From the sequence record DRR723986_4815: a stretch of 64,000 bases of DNA. One strand, written 5' to 3'. The notes beneath the pieces are model-generated. The model was not told where the DNA came from, searched no databases, and saw only the letters and a list, made by a program, of their open reading frames with translations. Shown here in pieces: positions 46,547 to 57,816 of the stretch. The translations under genes and the position numbers were made by a program. The first letter of the stretch is position 1, and each line of letters begins with the position of its first letter.

Positions 46547-49074
46547 GTCTTGCCAAGTTCAGTATCCGAGAGCTTCGCGCACGACCAATGCGTGCCGTCT
46601 TAACACTGGCCAGCATCACGATCGGTGTCGCTGCGGTTGTGTCGGTCATGCTGGTCACCAGCACGGTTCGGCTCGCTCAACAGGAGATGGCATCCGCCAT
46701 CGCGGGTGAAGCCTGTTTGGAAGTTGTTTCCGATGGTTCGCAGGGGTTCGCTTATGATGTGGTCAAGCAAATCAACGACGTCGAAGGCGTCCAGGTAGCA
46801 GTCCCGACGCTGAAACGCTTCGCAAGTGTTTTTGTCGGCGAGACTAAGGCTCGGACTCAGGTGCTGGGGATTGATCCGCGAGTCGACCAGCAAGTGCGGG
46901 GCTACGACGTTGTCGAAGGGCGGCTGCCAGAGAAGTTATCCGAAGTCATGCTCGACGAGAGTTTTGCATTCTCGATCGATGCGTCAGTCGGCGGCGAGCT
47001 GAAGATTCTCGGCCGCGGTGGCCTGCGAGAATACACGCTGGTAGGACTCGTTCGTCCAACTGGTACCGACGGACTGACTCTAGGTAGTGCCGCGTACATG
47101 GTGCTGCCTGCTGCCCAGCGTGCGTTTCGGCTAAAGAACGTCGTCGACCAAGTGCTCGTTAAGGCGGAAGGGGAAACGCCGTCGGATGATGCGATCGAGC
47201 AGTTGCAGCAGAGTGTTTCTGCGGTCATTCCGGATGGAGTGGATGTGCGGCCGCCACGTGTCGGTGGCATGGATACGTCGAAAGAAACGACATTTGCCAC
47301 TGAAAATGGGCTGATGATGTCCATTGCTTTTGCGCTGCTGATCTCCCTGTTCATCATTTACAACACGTTTCAGATGGCCGTTGGTGAGCGGCGAAAGCAG
47401 CTTGGAGTGCTCCGAGCAATCGGTGCAACGCCACGTCAAGTCGGGCGGCTCATTTTGGGCGAAGCACTGCTGTTAAGCGTGATTGGGACCATCATTGGTG
47501 CAGTTCTTGGCGTGGTCGGGGCGAATTACGGCATCACGGCTAGCAGTACGTTGCTTCAGGTTGAGTTGCCGCGAGTGGCGATTACTCCACTGCCGTTTGT
47601 TGTGGCCGCAGTTTTCGGAAGCGGTGTATCGCTGCTGGGAGCCTATCTGCCCGCGCGACGTGCTAGCAGCGTGAGTCCTCTGGAGGCCATGCGGGCCGTT
47701 GAACTTGAGGCCAACAACGCAGTCATCAAAGCTGCAACGCCACTCGGATTTGTGCTGTTTCCCGCCGGAGCTCTGTTGCTGTATTTGACCACGCTGCAGA
47801 TCTTGCCCATCGGGGCTGACGTAGTTGCCATCGTGATGATGTTGCTCGGGTGCGTCTTGTTGATTCCGCTGTTGCTTGGGCCGGTCAGCGGTTTTGTTAG
47901 TCGGTGGCTTGAGCGGCTGCTCGGCGTTGAGGCTCGCCTAGCGCAGCGACAACTAACTCGGCACATTGGTCGCAGTACTCTTACCGTGGGAGTGTTGTTC
48001 ATCGCTCTCGGAACCACAACCGGCATGGCGGGAAATATCCTGGACAACGTTCGCAACGTTCGTCTTTGGTACCAACGGACTTTTGCTGGCGACTTCTTCG
48101 TTCGAGCGAGCATGCCTGACCTTGCCACCGGCACGAGCGCAGATATCCCTGATGGAGTCGGTGAGGAACTAAAGGCACTACCGGGAATCGAGTCGCTCGA
48201 CACCGTGCGATTTGTCCAGTCGAAGTCGGGGGATAGCGATGTTCTGCTGATCGCTGGCAGTTACAGCGGCGGCGAAGCCGGCCAATTCGCCATGGATCTT
48301 GTTCAGGGTGAGTTCGACGCGGCCCGTCAGGGGCTTGCCCAAGGAAAAGTTATTGTTGGGTCCGTGCTGGCAGAAAGGCGCGGATACAAGATTGGCGATC
48401 AAGTTCCGTTTCAGACTCAGGACGGCACGGTCCAGCGCGAAATTGTGGCCGTCACAAATGATTACGTCGGAGGCGGCTTGACGGTGCACATGGATGCGGT
48501 CGCGGCAGAGAAAGAGTTTGGGATTACAGGCGTGGACGCTTTTGTGATTCGAGCAGAGGACGGACAACTGCGCGAGCTGCAGACTGTTCTGAAGTCCTTC
48601 TGTCGTCAGCGGGGCCTGATATTTCAGTCCTACGCCGATATGGTTGCCTTTGTGGACGCAATGATCAACGGAGTGGTTGCGATTCTCTGGGTTCTGCTCG
48701 GATTGGGCTTTGTTATCGCCGCAATGGGGCTGGTCAATACTCTAACGATGAACATCCTGGAGCAGACACGAGAAATCGGTATGCTAAGAGTTGTAGCGAT
48801 GACTCAATCTCAGGTTCGGCGCATGGTGTTCTCGCAGGCTATACTGCTTGGCGTCATTGGCTTGCTTCCCGGGGCTGTAGCTGGCGTGTTTGTGTCTTGG
48901 GCGATAGGGCTCAGTTCTCAAGCGGTTCTTGGGCATGACGTCGAGTATCTGTTCCGACCGGAGTTGACCGTCGGTTGTCTTATTGTCGGTTTCGTGGTGG
49001 TGTTCGCGTCCTCGATGCTCCCTGCCAGACGGGCCGCGCGACTGAATTTGGCTGAGGCACTCCAGCACGAGTAG
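46543..49074 (+). CDS. FtsX/MacB-family ABC permease with two repeats
   Basis: Two FtsX-like segments (ERRKQLGVLRAIGAT; EQTREIGMLRVVAMT). ATGA overlap with the ATPase gene. Confidence 0.92.
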   Translation: MSLAKFSIRELRARPMRAVLTLASITIGVAAVVSVMLVTSTVRLAQQEMASAIAGEACLEVVSDGSQGFAYDVVKQINDVEGVQVAVPTLKRFASVFVGETKARTQVLGIDPRVDQQVRGYDVVEGRLPEKLSEVMLDESFAFSIDASVGGELKILGRGGLREYTLVGLVRPTGTDGLTLGSAAYMVLPAAQRAFRLKNVVDQVLVKAEGETPSDDAIEQLQQSVSAVIPDGVDVRPPRVGGMDTSKETTFATENGLMMSIAFALLISLFIIYNTFQMAVGERRKQLGVLRAIGATPRQVGRLILGEALLLSVIGTIIGAVLGVVGANYGITASSTLLQVELPRVAITPLPFVVAAVFGSGVSLLGAYLPARRASSVSPLEAMRAVELEANNAVIKAATPLGFVLFPAGALLLYLTTLQILPIGADVVAIVMMLLGCVLLIPLLLGPVSGFVSRWLERLLGVEARLAQRQLTRHIGRSTLTVGVLFIALGTTTGMAGNILDNVRNVRLWYQRTFAGDFFVRASMPDLATGTSADIPDGVGEELKALPGIESLDTVRFVQSKSGDSDVLLIAGSYSGGEAGQFAMDLVQGEFDAARQGLAQGKVIVGSVLAERRGYKIGDQVPFQTQDGTVQREIVAVTNDYVGGGLTVHMDAVAAEKEFGITGVDAFVIRAEDGQLRELQTVLKSFCRQRGLIFQSYADMVAFVDAMINGVVAILWVLLGLGFVIAAMGLVNTLTMNILEQTREIGMLRVVAMTQSQVRRMVFSQAILLGVIGLLPGAVAGVFVSWAIGLSSQAVLGHDVEYLFRPELTVGCLIVGFVVVFASSMLPARRAARLNLAEALQHE

Positions 49075-49127
49075 CGCCTGCATGACAGGCAGCTTATCGA
49101 ATAACTTTTCTAACAAAGGGTAGCACG

Positions 49128-49922
49128 ATGGATGCAATGGATATTCTCGGTGGTTTATTGGGCGGTGGGAAATCCAAGTCTGGAAGTGGCTCGCTCGGTG
49201 GCAAGATCTTGAAAGACCTGTTGGGGCGTCGTAGCGGCGGTGCGGCAAGCTCTGGACAAACGACCGGTTCTGGTCGAGGCGCGGGGCGCTCGGTGCCCGC
49301 CGGCGTTGGCAGTCGTAGTGGACGGTCCGGTGCAAGCCTGCGATCGCAGGCACAAGAGCTGGAGGATCTGCTGGGAGTGGCCACAGGGAGCTCAAGTCGG
49401 TCAGGCAGTTCAACGGGGCATCGCAGTCAGGCCGAAGGTACTACTGCTGGGTTCCAAGGCCGTGACCGAACACCAATGCGGCGGCCACCAAGTTTCGAAG
49501 AAGCCGGCAGTCGTTATCGCCAGCCTAAGCAGACTCGTCCAAGTCGTGGCGTAGAGCCGCCGGCTGTTAGCAATCAGGACGAGGTGTTGGTCTTGGTTCG
49601 CGCGATGATCAATGCCGCCAAAGCCGATGGCAGGATTGGCGATGATGAGCAGCAGGCGATCTTGGCGCGAGTCGCCGATCGATCGGCTGAGACGATTAGC
49701 TTCTTGCGGAAGGAATTTGCCAAGCCAGTAGATGTTCGCGAATTTGCATGGTCAGTGCCACTTGGACTGGAAGAAAAGGTCTACATGATGTCGCTGGCAG
49801 CTATCGACTTAGATGAAAATCGCGAGGCGGATTATCTTCGTGATTTGGCGCATGGGCTGCGACTGTCGCCGCAGGAATGCAACGAGCTACACCAACAACT
49901 CGGTGCGCCCACCCTATATTGA
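49128..49922 (+). CDS. DUF533/YebE (TerB-like) protein with a long Gly/Ser/Arg-rich linker
   Basis: LVRAMINAAKADGRI..EQQAI, VYMMSLAAIDLD..E.DYL..LA.GL.L motifs. Confidence 0.88.
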   Translation: MDAMDILGGLLGGGKSKSGSGSLGGKILKDLLGRRSGGAASSGQTTGSGRGAGRSVPAGVGSRSGRSGASLRSQAQELEDLLGVATGSSSRSGSSTGHRSQAEGTTAGFQGRDRTPMRRPPSFEEAGSRYRQPKQTRPSRGVEPPAVSNQDEVLVLVRAMINAAKADGRIGDDEQQAILARVADRSAETISFLRKEFAKPVDVREFAWSVPLGLEEKVYMMSLAAIDLDENREADYLRDLAHGLRLSPQECNELHQQLGAPTLY

Positions 49923-49976
49923 GTTCCGCTTTCACGAGCCCTGTAGTGAACTCGACCAGGAATCTAGCCGGCAAGC

Positions 49977-51479
49977 TTACTGTTCGGCCGATGTTCGGGC
50001 GACTGTCATTTCGATAGCTTTCAGCATTGCGCCGGCCTTGTTGAGCGTTTCTTGGTATTCTGCACTGGGGACACTATCGGCTACGACGCCAGCTCCGGCC
50101 TGGACGTAGATCTTGTCGCCCGTGAATACGAGTGTTCTGAGGGCAATGCAAGTGTCCATGTTGCCAGAGTAGTCTAGGTAACCGACTGCACCGGCGTAGG
50201 GGCCGCGGCGATGGGGTTCAATTTCATCAATGACTTCCATGGCACGCACTTTGGGGGCACCGCTAACTGTACCAGCCGGCAAGCAGGCTTTGAGGGCATC
50301 CATTGCTGTCTTGCCTTCGGCCAGTTGTCCTTGAACGTTTGAGCTAATGTGCATGACGTGGCTGTAACGCTCAATGCACATCACATCGCTCAATTCAACA
50401 CTTCCATATTCTGCGACGCGGCCGACATCGTTTCGCCCCAGGTCGACCAACATGACGTGCTCGGCGCGTTCCTTGGGGTCGGCGAGCAAATCTTCGGCTA
50501 GCGCGAGATCTTCTTTCTCGGTTTTGCCGCGTGGCCGCGTTCCTGCAAGTGGGCGAACGGTGGTCACGCCATCAATAACACGGCACATGACTTCCGGTGA
50601 GGATCCGACCAGCGTGACGGACGGCGTTCTCACGTAGAACATGAACGGGCTGGGGTTGACGATGCGAAGCGTTCGGTAAACTTCGAACGGATCGCAAAGG
50701 CCGGGTAGTTCGAGTCGTTGACTGATGACGACTTGGAAGATGTCCCCGGCGCGGATGTACTCACAGCACTTTTCGACCGATGCTTCAAACTGCTCTTTGG
50801 TAAAATTGCTTTTCGGTTCAAGCGAGACGGCGTTTTCGCTCTCGAAGTCCGTGACGTCGAGCGAATGTGGTTGTTGTAGTTTGCAGGTTAGGTCTTCTAG
50901 CCGAGTTTCGCCATCGGCGTAAGCTTGGTCGATCGAATCAAAGTCCTTGCAGTGAACGATCGCGACGACGAAAAGGCTCTTCGTCACTTGGTCGAAGATG
51001 AGCAGGTCATCAAAGAACGAAAAATCCAAGTCGGGCAGATCACGGTCGTCTTCGGGAGCATCGGGCAGGTGCTCAACGTAACGGACAACGTCGTAGGCGG
51101 CGTAACCGATGGCTCCACCGGTAAGAGGCGGGAGTTCTGGGAGGTCGGCGACTCGTTGTCCCGAGACTGCTTGCCAGAGCGTGTCCAAAGGATCGCTGGC
51201 TTGACGCTGTTCAACCGACCCGTCTCGAGCCTCAACGGTGATGTCGTCACCACGGGCGGCAATCCGGCCTTTCGGAGAGACTGCAATAAAGCTGTACCTG
51301 CCGACTTTTTCGCCACCAATGACGCTTTCGAAAAGGCAGGCGGCCGTTTTTCCGTCGTCGAGCAGACCAAAGGCGGAAACGGGAGTGAGCGAATCACTGA
51401 TCAACCGACGGTACATTGGGACCAGGTCGTGTGTCTTGGCCAGCTCTTGGAAGCGAACTTTGTCCGGGCACGCAGGCAT
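49977..51479 (-). CDS. trpE: Anthranilate synthase component I
   Basis: LFES..GRYS, AGDIFQVV, NPSPFM, GSSPE, PLAGTRPRG, EHVMLVDLGRND and PAGTVSGAPK motifs. Start set at MPACPD. Confidence 0.95.
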   Translation of the reverse strand: MPACPDKVRFQELAKTHDLVPMYRRLISDSLTPVSAFGLLDDGKTAACLFESVIGGEKVGRYSFIAVSPKGRIAARGDDITVEARDGSVEQRQASDPLDTLWQAVSGQRVADLPELPPLTGGAIGYAAYDVVRYVEHLPDAPEDDRDLPDLDFSFFDDLLIFDQVTKSLFVVAIVHCKDFDSIDQAYADGETRLEDLTCKLQQPHSLDVTDFESENAVSLEPKSNFTKEQFEASVEKCCEYIRAGDIFQVVISQRLELPGLCDPFEVYRTLRIVNPSPFMFYVRTPSVTLVGSSPEVMCRVIDGVTTVRPLAGTRPRGKTEKEDLALAEDLLADPKERAEHVMLVDLGRNDVGRVAEYGSVELSDVMCIERYSHVMHISSNVQGQLAEGKTAMDALKACLPAGTVSGAPKVRAMEVIDEIEPHRRGPYAGAVGYLDYSGNMDTCIALRTLVFTGDKIYVQAGAGVVADSVPSAEYQETLNKAGAMLKAIEMTVARTSAEQ

Positions 51480-51820
51480 GTCAGTTTGGTTTCGTGGGAG
51501 GTGCGGATTTGACTTGGATTGGGCGTGCCCATTTGCATGCATCAGCAGAGCACAAGTGTCCACTTCGTGGGATCGCAAAATGCAAGCCCGCCAAATGGCG
51601 ATATTCCCTATTGTAGCTGCGACGCGAAAGTGCCAAGGGCGGCTGCATTGGCAAAAATCGAACTCTAACGAATCTTCGCCAACGGCCGATTTGCTCATCC
51701 GGTACACTTGCGAGGGCGATACGATTGCCGGAGACTGGGAATAGCGATTGCTTTCCAAGGATCGAATAACGAAGCCAGCTTCACAGCGGCGGCCACCCAC
51801 AACCGTTCAAGGGCGAAGAT

Positions 51821-52357
51821 ATGAAGTGCCAACAATGCGAAAAGCCAGCGACGTTTCATATCACTGAGTTGACTGATCCATCGGGGCCGGTCATGGTCCA
51901 TCTGTGTGAGGACCACGCACGAGTTTATCTCGCTCAGGACAATTCCAGCGATTCGCCGACAAGCGCACTGGCTGGCATGTTGGCAAAGCAATTGAAGCTG
52001 GAGCAAACCGCCGAGCAATTAGCCACTTTGGACAAGAAAACGTGTCCGGTCTGTGGGATCACCTTTGCCGAATTTCGCCAAGCTGGGCGTTTGGGCTGCG
52101 GATACGATTATGTTTGTTTCGAAGACGATCTAGGGCCACTGCTGCTGAATATTCACGGTGCTCGAGCCCATCGTGGAAAACGGCCGACGCGGGAAAGTGG
52201 TTCCCCAGATCGGCAGCATCAACTCATTCAGTTGCGTCGCGAGATGCAGCAGGCGATTTCGAAGGAAGCTTATGAGCAGGCTGGCGAGCTTCGCGACCTG
52301 ATCCAGCGCTTGGAGAACGGTGAGGACGTCGATTTGGATCGGGGTTCTCAAGACTAG
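51821..52357 (+). CDS. mcsA: McsA-like activator of protein arginine kinase (metal-binding motifs plus UvrB/C motif)
   Basis: MKCQQC..PAT.H, HLC, CPVCG.TF..FR..GRLGC, H.GK.P and EAYEQAGELRD motifs. Directly upstream of mcsB. Confidence 0.9.
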   Translation: MKCQQCEKPATFHITELTDPSGPVMVHLCEDHARVYLAQDNSSDSPTSALAGMLAKQLKLEQTAEQLATLDKKTCPVCGITFAEFRQAGRLGCGYDYVCFEDDLGPLLLNIHGARAHRGKRPTRESGSPDRQHQLIQLRREMQQAISKEAYEQAGELRDLIQRLENGEDVDLDRGSQD

Positions 52358-52543
52358 CGGTCGAAAGTGAGCTCCCAGGCTTTAAGCGATTTGCCCGGTA
52401 AAGACAGCATTGGCGTTTTGCAAAAAGTGCTTTGAGAGCCACTGCCCGTTTTTCACAGGCCGCCGTTCCGGTTAAGATGTCTCGACGATCGCCTCCAGCA
52501 ATTCACTATTCGTCCCGGTCCCCCTGCACGATAAGCCACGCCT

Positions 52544-53611
52544 GTGGAACTCAAAGATCTAGCAAGTAAATGCGGTGAATGGCTCAAAGGCAGTGGCCCG
52601 GAGTCAGATATCGTTATCAGTAGTCGCATCCGGCTTGCGAGGAATCTGGCTGAGTTTCCGTTCGTTCGGAAGGCTAGCGACGAAGAAAAAACGCAGATCG
52701 CCCAAGCTGTCCACTCGAAAATTGAATCGGTAGATCAGTGGAAGCAACTGATCTACATGGATGTGCAGGATCTCGACGCGTTGGATCGTCAATTTCTTGT
52801 CGAACGACAGTTGATCAGTCGCGAAATTGCGGAGGCCGATGGAGACCGTGCGGTTGCGATCGACAGCGATGAACGCTTCAGCATTATGGTCAACGAAGAG
52901 GACCATCTTCGACTGCAAGTAATGTGTAGCGGGCTCGATCTGGAGAAGGCCTGGGCGAACATCGATCAGATCGATGATCTGCTCGAAGAGCGTCTGACTT
53001 ATGCCTTCCATGATGAACTGGGGTATTTGACCGCTTGCCCGACCAACGTCGGCACTGGCTTGCGAGTTAGCGTGATGCTGCACCTTCCGGCGCTGGTGAT
53101 CACGCGAGAGATTGACAAAGTTTTCCGCAGTCTTCAGAAGATCAACGTGGCCGTCCGCGGGCTATATGGTGAGGGCTCTCAGTACATGGGGGACTTCTAC
53201 CAAGTGAGTAATCAGATTACACTTGGTCGCACCGAGGCGGAGTTGGTTGATACGGTTGGCGAAGTTGTACCGCGGATCATCGAGTACGAGCGACGGGCGC
53301 GAGATTTTCTGGTCAACGAAAGTGAACAGGATCTGCACGACGACGTTTCTCGTGCCTACGGGATCCTTTGTACGGCCAAGAAGATCAGCAGCGAAGAAAC
53401 GTTGCACTACCTGTCCAAGGTCAGGATGGGCGTGAATTTAGGCCTGATCCGCAGCATCGATGTTGAGACGATCAATAAGCTCTTTGTCCACACGCAGCCT
53501 GCCCATTTGCAGACTATCCGTGGCAAGTCTCTATCGGTTGCAGAGCGAAATATTCAGCGTGCGTCCTATCTTCAGAGTCATCTGGGACGCGGCGACGATT
53601 CAGCATCTTAG
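52544..53611 (+). CDS. mcsB: Protein arginine kinase
   Basis: ISSRIRLARN, MVNEEDHLR, LTACPTNVGTGLRVSVMLHLP, RGLYGEGS and QVSNQITLG motifs. Confidence 0.95.
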   Translation: MELKDLASKCGEWLKGSGPESDIVISSRIRLARNLAEFPFVRKASDEEKTQIAQAVHSKIESVDQWKQLIYMDVQDLDALDRQFLVERQLISREIAEADGDRAVAIDSDERFSIMVNEEDHLRLQVMCSGLDLEKAWANIDQIDDLLEERLTYAFHDELGYLTACPTNVGTGLRVSVMLHLPALVITREIDKVFRSLQKINVAVRGLYGEGSQYMGDFYQVSNQITLGRTEAELVDTVGEVVPRIIEYERRARDFLVNESEQDLHDDVSRAYGILCTAKKISSEETLHYLSKVRMGVNLGLIRSIDVETINKLFVHTQPAHLQTIRGKSLSVAERNIQRASYLQSHLGRGDDSAS

Positions 53612-53808
53612 CGGTTGCCTCGTTGAAATGCGGGGCAAAAACTGCAATGATCTTCACCTGGCGGGGCGTATGCCCGTTGGCTGGTCAACTCGCACTGTCC
53701 CTTTGCGGTCTGCCTGAGGCTTGGGGATAGCATGTGGTTGCACCGCCGCCTCTGCCCGAGTAGCTGCCTGGAATCTATTCTGTTAACCCCCTCCATCAAA
53801 AACCTGCC

Positions 53809-55785
53809 ATGAGTGATTCAACTGCTTCCGACGGAAACGAAAAAAAATCCGGTGATGTCGACACTGTGATGGTGGAAAGTCGGCTGTTTGCGCCCAGCGA
53901 TGCTTTTTCCGCTGCGGCTCGCATTAAGAGTGAGGCCGAGTATCAGCAGCTCTATGATCGCTCGGTCGCCAATCCAGAAGAGTTTTGGGCCGACCAAGCG
54001 CGGGAGCATTTGCATTGGTTCACTCCATTTACCAAGACACTTTCGTGGAATGAGCCCGACGCCGAGTGGTTCACGGACGGAACTACGAATGCCAGTTACA
54101 ACTGCGTCGATGCTCACGTTGCGGCGGGCAACGGTGACAAGACGGCGATTATCTGGGAAGGTGAGCCGGGCGATACACGAAAGCTCTCGTACAAAGAATT
54201 GCAACAGGAAGTCGCCACGTTTGCCGGTGGGTTGAAATCGCTGGGTGTCGAGAAGGGGGACGTGGTTAGTATTTACATGCCGATGACTCCTGAGCTGGCA
54301 ATCGCAATGCTCGCTTGTGCAAGAATCGGTGCGATTCATAGTGTGATATTTGCCGGATTCTCAGCAGAGTCGATCGCCGATCGAAACAATGACGCCGGCG
54401 CGAAAGTGCAACTGACCAGCGATGGGCTCTATCGTCGTGGGAAAGTGCTGCCGCTGAAAGAAACCGTTGACGAAGCGCTTGCCAAGAGCCCCACGGTTGA
54501 AAAATGCATCGTCTTGCAGCGAGCAAAGAATGACATCAACATGCAGGATGGACGTGATGTTTGGTGGCATGATGTCGTCGCTGCGGCTGAGCCAGTTGAC
54601 GCAGAGCCACTGTCTGCTGAAACCCCGCTCTTTATTCTTTACACAAGCGGTTCAACCGGAAAGCCGAAGGGGATTCGGCACACGACCGCGGGCTACAACC
54701 TATACGCTAAGCGAACGTTTCAGTGGGTCTTCGACCACCGCGAAGACGATATCTATTGGTGTACGGCGGATTGCGGTTGGATCACCGGACACAGCTACTT
54801 GGTGTATGGGCCTTTGTCCGCCGGCGCGACGGCACTGATGTACGAGGGTGCTCCAAATCACCCCGCCGAAGATCGCTTCTGGGAGTTGGTAGAGAAATAC
54901 AAGGTGACGATCCTCTACACCGCACCAACCGCCATTCGCGCGTTCATCAAATGGGGTGACGAGCACGTCGACAAGCATGACCTATCGAGTCTACGGTTGC
55001 TTGGCAGCGTCGGTGAAGGGATCAATCCTGAAGCGTGGATGTGGTATCACGAAAAGATTGGATCATCACGTTGTCCTATCGTTGATACTTGGTGGCAAAC
55101 CGAGACCGGTGGCATCATGATGTCGCCACTACCGGGAGCCATTGCGACCAAGCCAGGCAGTTGCACAAAACCCCTTCCAGGTATCGTCCCAAAGATCGTT
55201 GCTGAAGATGGAAGCGAAGTTCCGCAGGGGCGCGGCGGTATGTTGTGCATCGGCCATCCTTGGCCAGGGATGTTGCGGGGGATCTGGAAAGACGACGCTC
55301 GGTTCAAGGAGCAGTACTGGAGCAAGGTGCCCGGCATGTACCTGACGGGTGACAACGCTCGCCAAGACAGTGACGGATACTACTGGATCATGGGACGCAT
55401 TGACGACGTGATCAATGTCTCCGGTCACCGGCTAAGCACGATTGAAGTGGAAAGTGCGCTGGTTTCGCATCCTGCAGTTGCTGAAGCGGCCGTGGTGGCA
55501 AAGCCCGATGAAATCAAGGGGCAGGCGATTGCTGCTTTTGTAACTTTGCGAGTTGAAGCATCTGAGGAGATTCGCGCTGAGCTCCGTCAGCATGTTCGCA
55601 AGGAAATTGGGGCGCTCGCACAGCCCGACATGATTCGATTTACAGGATCATTGCCCAAGACACGCAGTGGCAAAATCATGCGAAGGCTGCTTCGCGACGT
55701 TGCTGCAGGCAAGGAGCAGTCAGGCGACACGTCAACACTCGAGGACTTCACCGTTCTAGCAAAGCTACGCGGTGACGAAGAATAG
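53809..55785 (+). CDS. acs: Acetyl-CoA synthetase
   Basis: [34 protein letters not shown] and [12 protein letters not shown] motifs. Confidence 0.97.
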   Translation: MSDSTASDGNEKKSGDVDTVMVESRLFAPSDAFSAAARIKSEAEYQQLYDRSVANPEEFWADQAREHLHWFTPFTKTLSWNEPDAEWFTDGTTNASYNCVDAHVAAGNGDKTAIIWEGEPGDTRKLSYKELQQEVATFAGGLKSLGVEKGDVVSIYMPMTPELAIAMLACARIGAIHSVIFAGFSAESIADRNNDAGAKVQLTSDGLYRRGKVLPLKETVDEALAKSPTVEKCIVLQRAKNDINMQDGRDVWWHDVVAAAEPVDAEPLSAETPLFILYTSGSTGKPKGIRHTTAGYNLYAKRTFQWVFDHREDDIYWCTADCGWITGHSYLVYGPLSAGATALMYEGAPNHPAEDRFWELVEKYKVTILYTAPTAIRAFIKWGDEHVDKHDLSSLRLLGSVGEGINPEAWMWYHEKIGSSRCPIVDTWWQTETGGIMMSPLPGAIATKPGSCTKPLPGIVPKIVAEDGSEVPQGRGGMLCIGHPWPGMLRGIWKDDARFKEQYWSKVPGMYLTGDNARQDSDGYYWIMGRIDDVINVSGHRLSTIEVESALVSHPAVAEAAVVAKPDEIKGQAIAAFVTLRVEASEEIRAELRQHVRKEIGALAQPDMIRFTGSLPKTRSGKIMRRLLRDVAAGKEQSGDTSTLEDFTVLAKLRGDEE

Positions 55786-55846
55786 GTGACGAAGAGTGAT
55801 TGTTGCCCCCTTGTGAGTTAACCAATACCTTCAACGAAGTTTAACG

Positions 55847-56596
55847 ATGCCATCGCCCGTCAAAGTGACCGTGTGGAATGAATTCGTCCACGAAAAAACG
55901 AATCCAATCGTGCAGGAGATTTATCCTGACGGTATCCACAAAGTCATTCAAGCTGGTCTTGAGCAATCGCTTCCGGGGCAAGCCAACGTCCGATGCGCGA
56001 CACTGGATGAACCCGAGCACGGTCTTACCGAGAGCGTGCTGAAGGAGACGGAGGTTTTGCTGTGGTGGGGGCACGCGGCTCATGACAAAGTGGACGATGC
56101 GATCGTCCAGCGGGTGCAACGCCGTGTGTTAGAAGGGATGGGCCTCATTGTGCTTCACAGCGGCCATGGAGCGAAGATTTTCCAGCGACTGATGGGTACC
56201 AGTTGCATGCTTCGCTGGCGCGAGGCGGCTGAGAAAGAGCGGTTGTGGATCACCACTCCAGGACACCCGATTTTAAACGGGATTGCAGGTGATTACATCG
56301 AACTGCCCCAGGCTGAAATGTACGGCGAACATTTCGATATTCCCCAGCCAGATGAATTGCTGATGGTGAGCTGGTTTGAAGGTGGTGAAGTGTTCCGCAG
56401 TGCGTGCACTTTCCAGCGTGGGCAAGGGAAAATCTTCTACTTCCGACCTGGGCACGAGACATATCCGATCTACCACAACGAACAAATCCAGCGAGTGATT
56501 GCAAACGCCGTCTTGTGGGCTCGTGGTTCAGGTGGCAACTACGCCTTTGACGCTCGGCACATCCCTGATCCACTCAGCCCCATCGGCGATTCGTAG
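55847..56596 (+). CDS. ThuA-like (trehalose utilization family) protein
   Basis: [43 protein letters not shown] and [11 protein letters not shown] motifs. Confidence 0.9.
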   Translation: MPSPVKVTVWNEFVHEKTNPIVQEIYPDGIHKVIQAGLEQSLPGQANVRCATLDEPEHGLTESVLKETEVLLWWGHAAHDKVDDAIVQRVQRRVLEGMGLIVLHSGHGAKIFQRLMGTSCMLRWREAAEKERLWITTPGHPILNGIAGDYIELPQAEMYGEHFDIPQPDELLMVSWFEGGEVFRSACTFQRGQGKIFYFRPGHETYPIYHNEQIQRVIANAVLWARGSGGNYAFDARHIPDPLSPIGDS

Positions 56597-56641
56597 CGAG
56601 CAGGTTTTCTGGTTGCAGCCCGGTTGTAGCCTGGCCGTTGT

Positions 56642-57724
56642 CTACGCGTCGCTTTCCGTTTCCCGTTTTGTGACGAGAACATTCGACGCGAGCGCTTTGA
56701 CAACGCGCTGCTCTAGTCCATTCTCTTCTTTCCGCAAAGTGCGAATCTCTGAGGCGGAAAAGTCCTCTGGCAGCTTTCCTAGATTGCAGATCGGCTCACC
56801 GGGGCTCGTGGCGGGAAGCGTGGTCATGCCGATCACAACACCCGCAAAAGGTGCCTCCAGGACCCGTTGCTCGCGGCCAAGTAGGGTTGTGTTTGTCGCT
56901 ATGGGCTGTCCCTTCTCGATGATTTGTCCAGGTCTGATGTGGAATTGCAGGAAGCCGCCCTGCTCCGCCCGAATCCACTTCGATCGCTCTATGGTCAACT
57001 GGTAATCTGGACTCGATTCCGTACCTGAGATCATTTGCAGATGCATGAGGACGTTTGAGATGCCGCGCACTGCGGACTCCACGATCCCAGGCTCTACCTT
57101 GGAGACTTCACCGCCTTCAAACACGATTGTTGGACAGCCATGCCGAGTGGCTTCGCGACGCAGTGACCCGCGTGGGCCCTTTCCGTTCATCAGAATTTCG
57201 CAGCCGAAAGCTTCTGCTATTTCGCGGACATCTGCTCGCGATAAGTCTGCGCGGACGTTGGGGTAGTTGGTCCGTCGAACGGATGCGGTATGCAGGTCAA
57301 TTCCGAAGTCGCATTTTGCGAGGATTTCCTCGAAGATGCGGCGTGCCATTCGGCTGGCAAGGCTGCCAGTCAGCGAGCCTGGGAAAGCGCGATTTAAATC
57401 TCGTCGATCTGGCAGGTACCGCGAGTGTCGATCGAAGCCTAATATGTTCAGAACCGGTGCAAGTATAAGTGTTCCGCGGTCCAGGTTTAATTCGTCATTT
57501 TGCAGAAGTGCCCGAATCGCTCCGGTGCCGTTGATTTCATCGCCGTGCAGGGCCGCCGTAACAAAAACGGTCGGACCATCCTCACGCCCGCGGCTGACGT
57601 GGATGGGGATCTGGACATTCATCCCGCTATAGCTTTCACCGACGACCAGATGGAGGTCTCTGCTCTGTCCAGCAGCAATGTGAGTGCCCTGCCAGGTCTC
57701 AATCGGGCCTTTTAGTGGTTCCAT
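56642..57724 (-). CDS. Succinylglutamate desuccinylase/aspartoacylase-family (M14-like) peptidase
   Basis: TAALHGDEING, RDLNRAFPG, IDLHT and FEGGE motifs, with a C-terminal barrel-sandwich segment. Confidence 0.9.
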   Translation of the reverse strand: MEPLKGPIETWQGTHIAAGQSRDLHLVVGESYSGMNVQIPIHVSRGREDGPTVFVTAALHGDEINGTGAIRALLQNDELNLDRGTLILAPVLNILGFDRHSRYLPDRRDLNRAFPGSLTGSLASRMARRIFEEILAKCDFGIDLHTASVRRTNYPNVRADLSRADVREIAEAFGCEILMNGKGPRGSLRREATRHGCPTIVFEGGEVSKVEPGIVESAVRGISNVLMHLQMISGTESSPDYQLTIERSKWIRAEQGGFLQFHIRPGQIIEKGQPIATNTTLLGREQRVLEAPFAGVVIGMTTLPATSPGEPICNLGKLPEDFSASEIRTLRKEENGLEQRVVKALASNVLVTKRETESDA

Positions 57725-57816
57725 GGCGAATGAACTCGGTGTTCGGTTGGTACGGATCGATACTCCGGAGCGTGTCGGTTGACGCTCGGTTGCGGCGCTT
57801 TGCAGATTTGGTTTGC

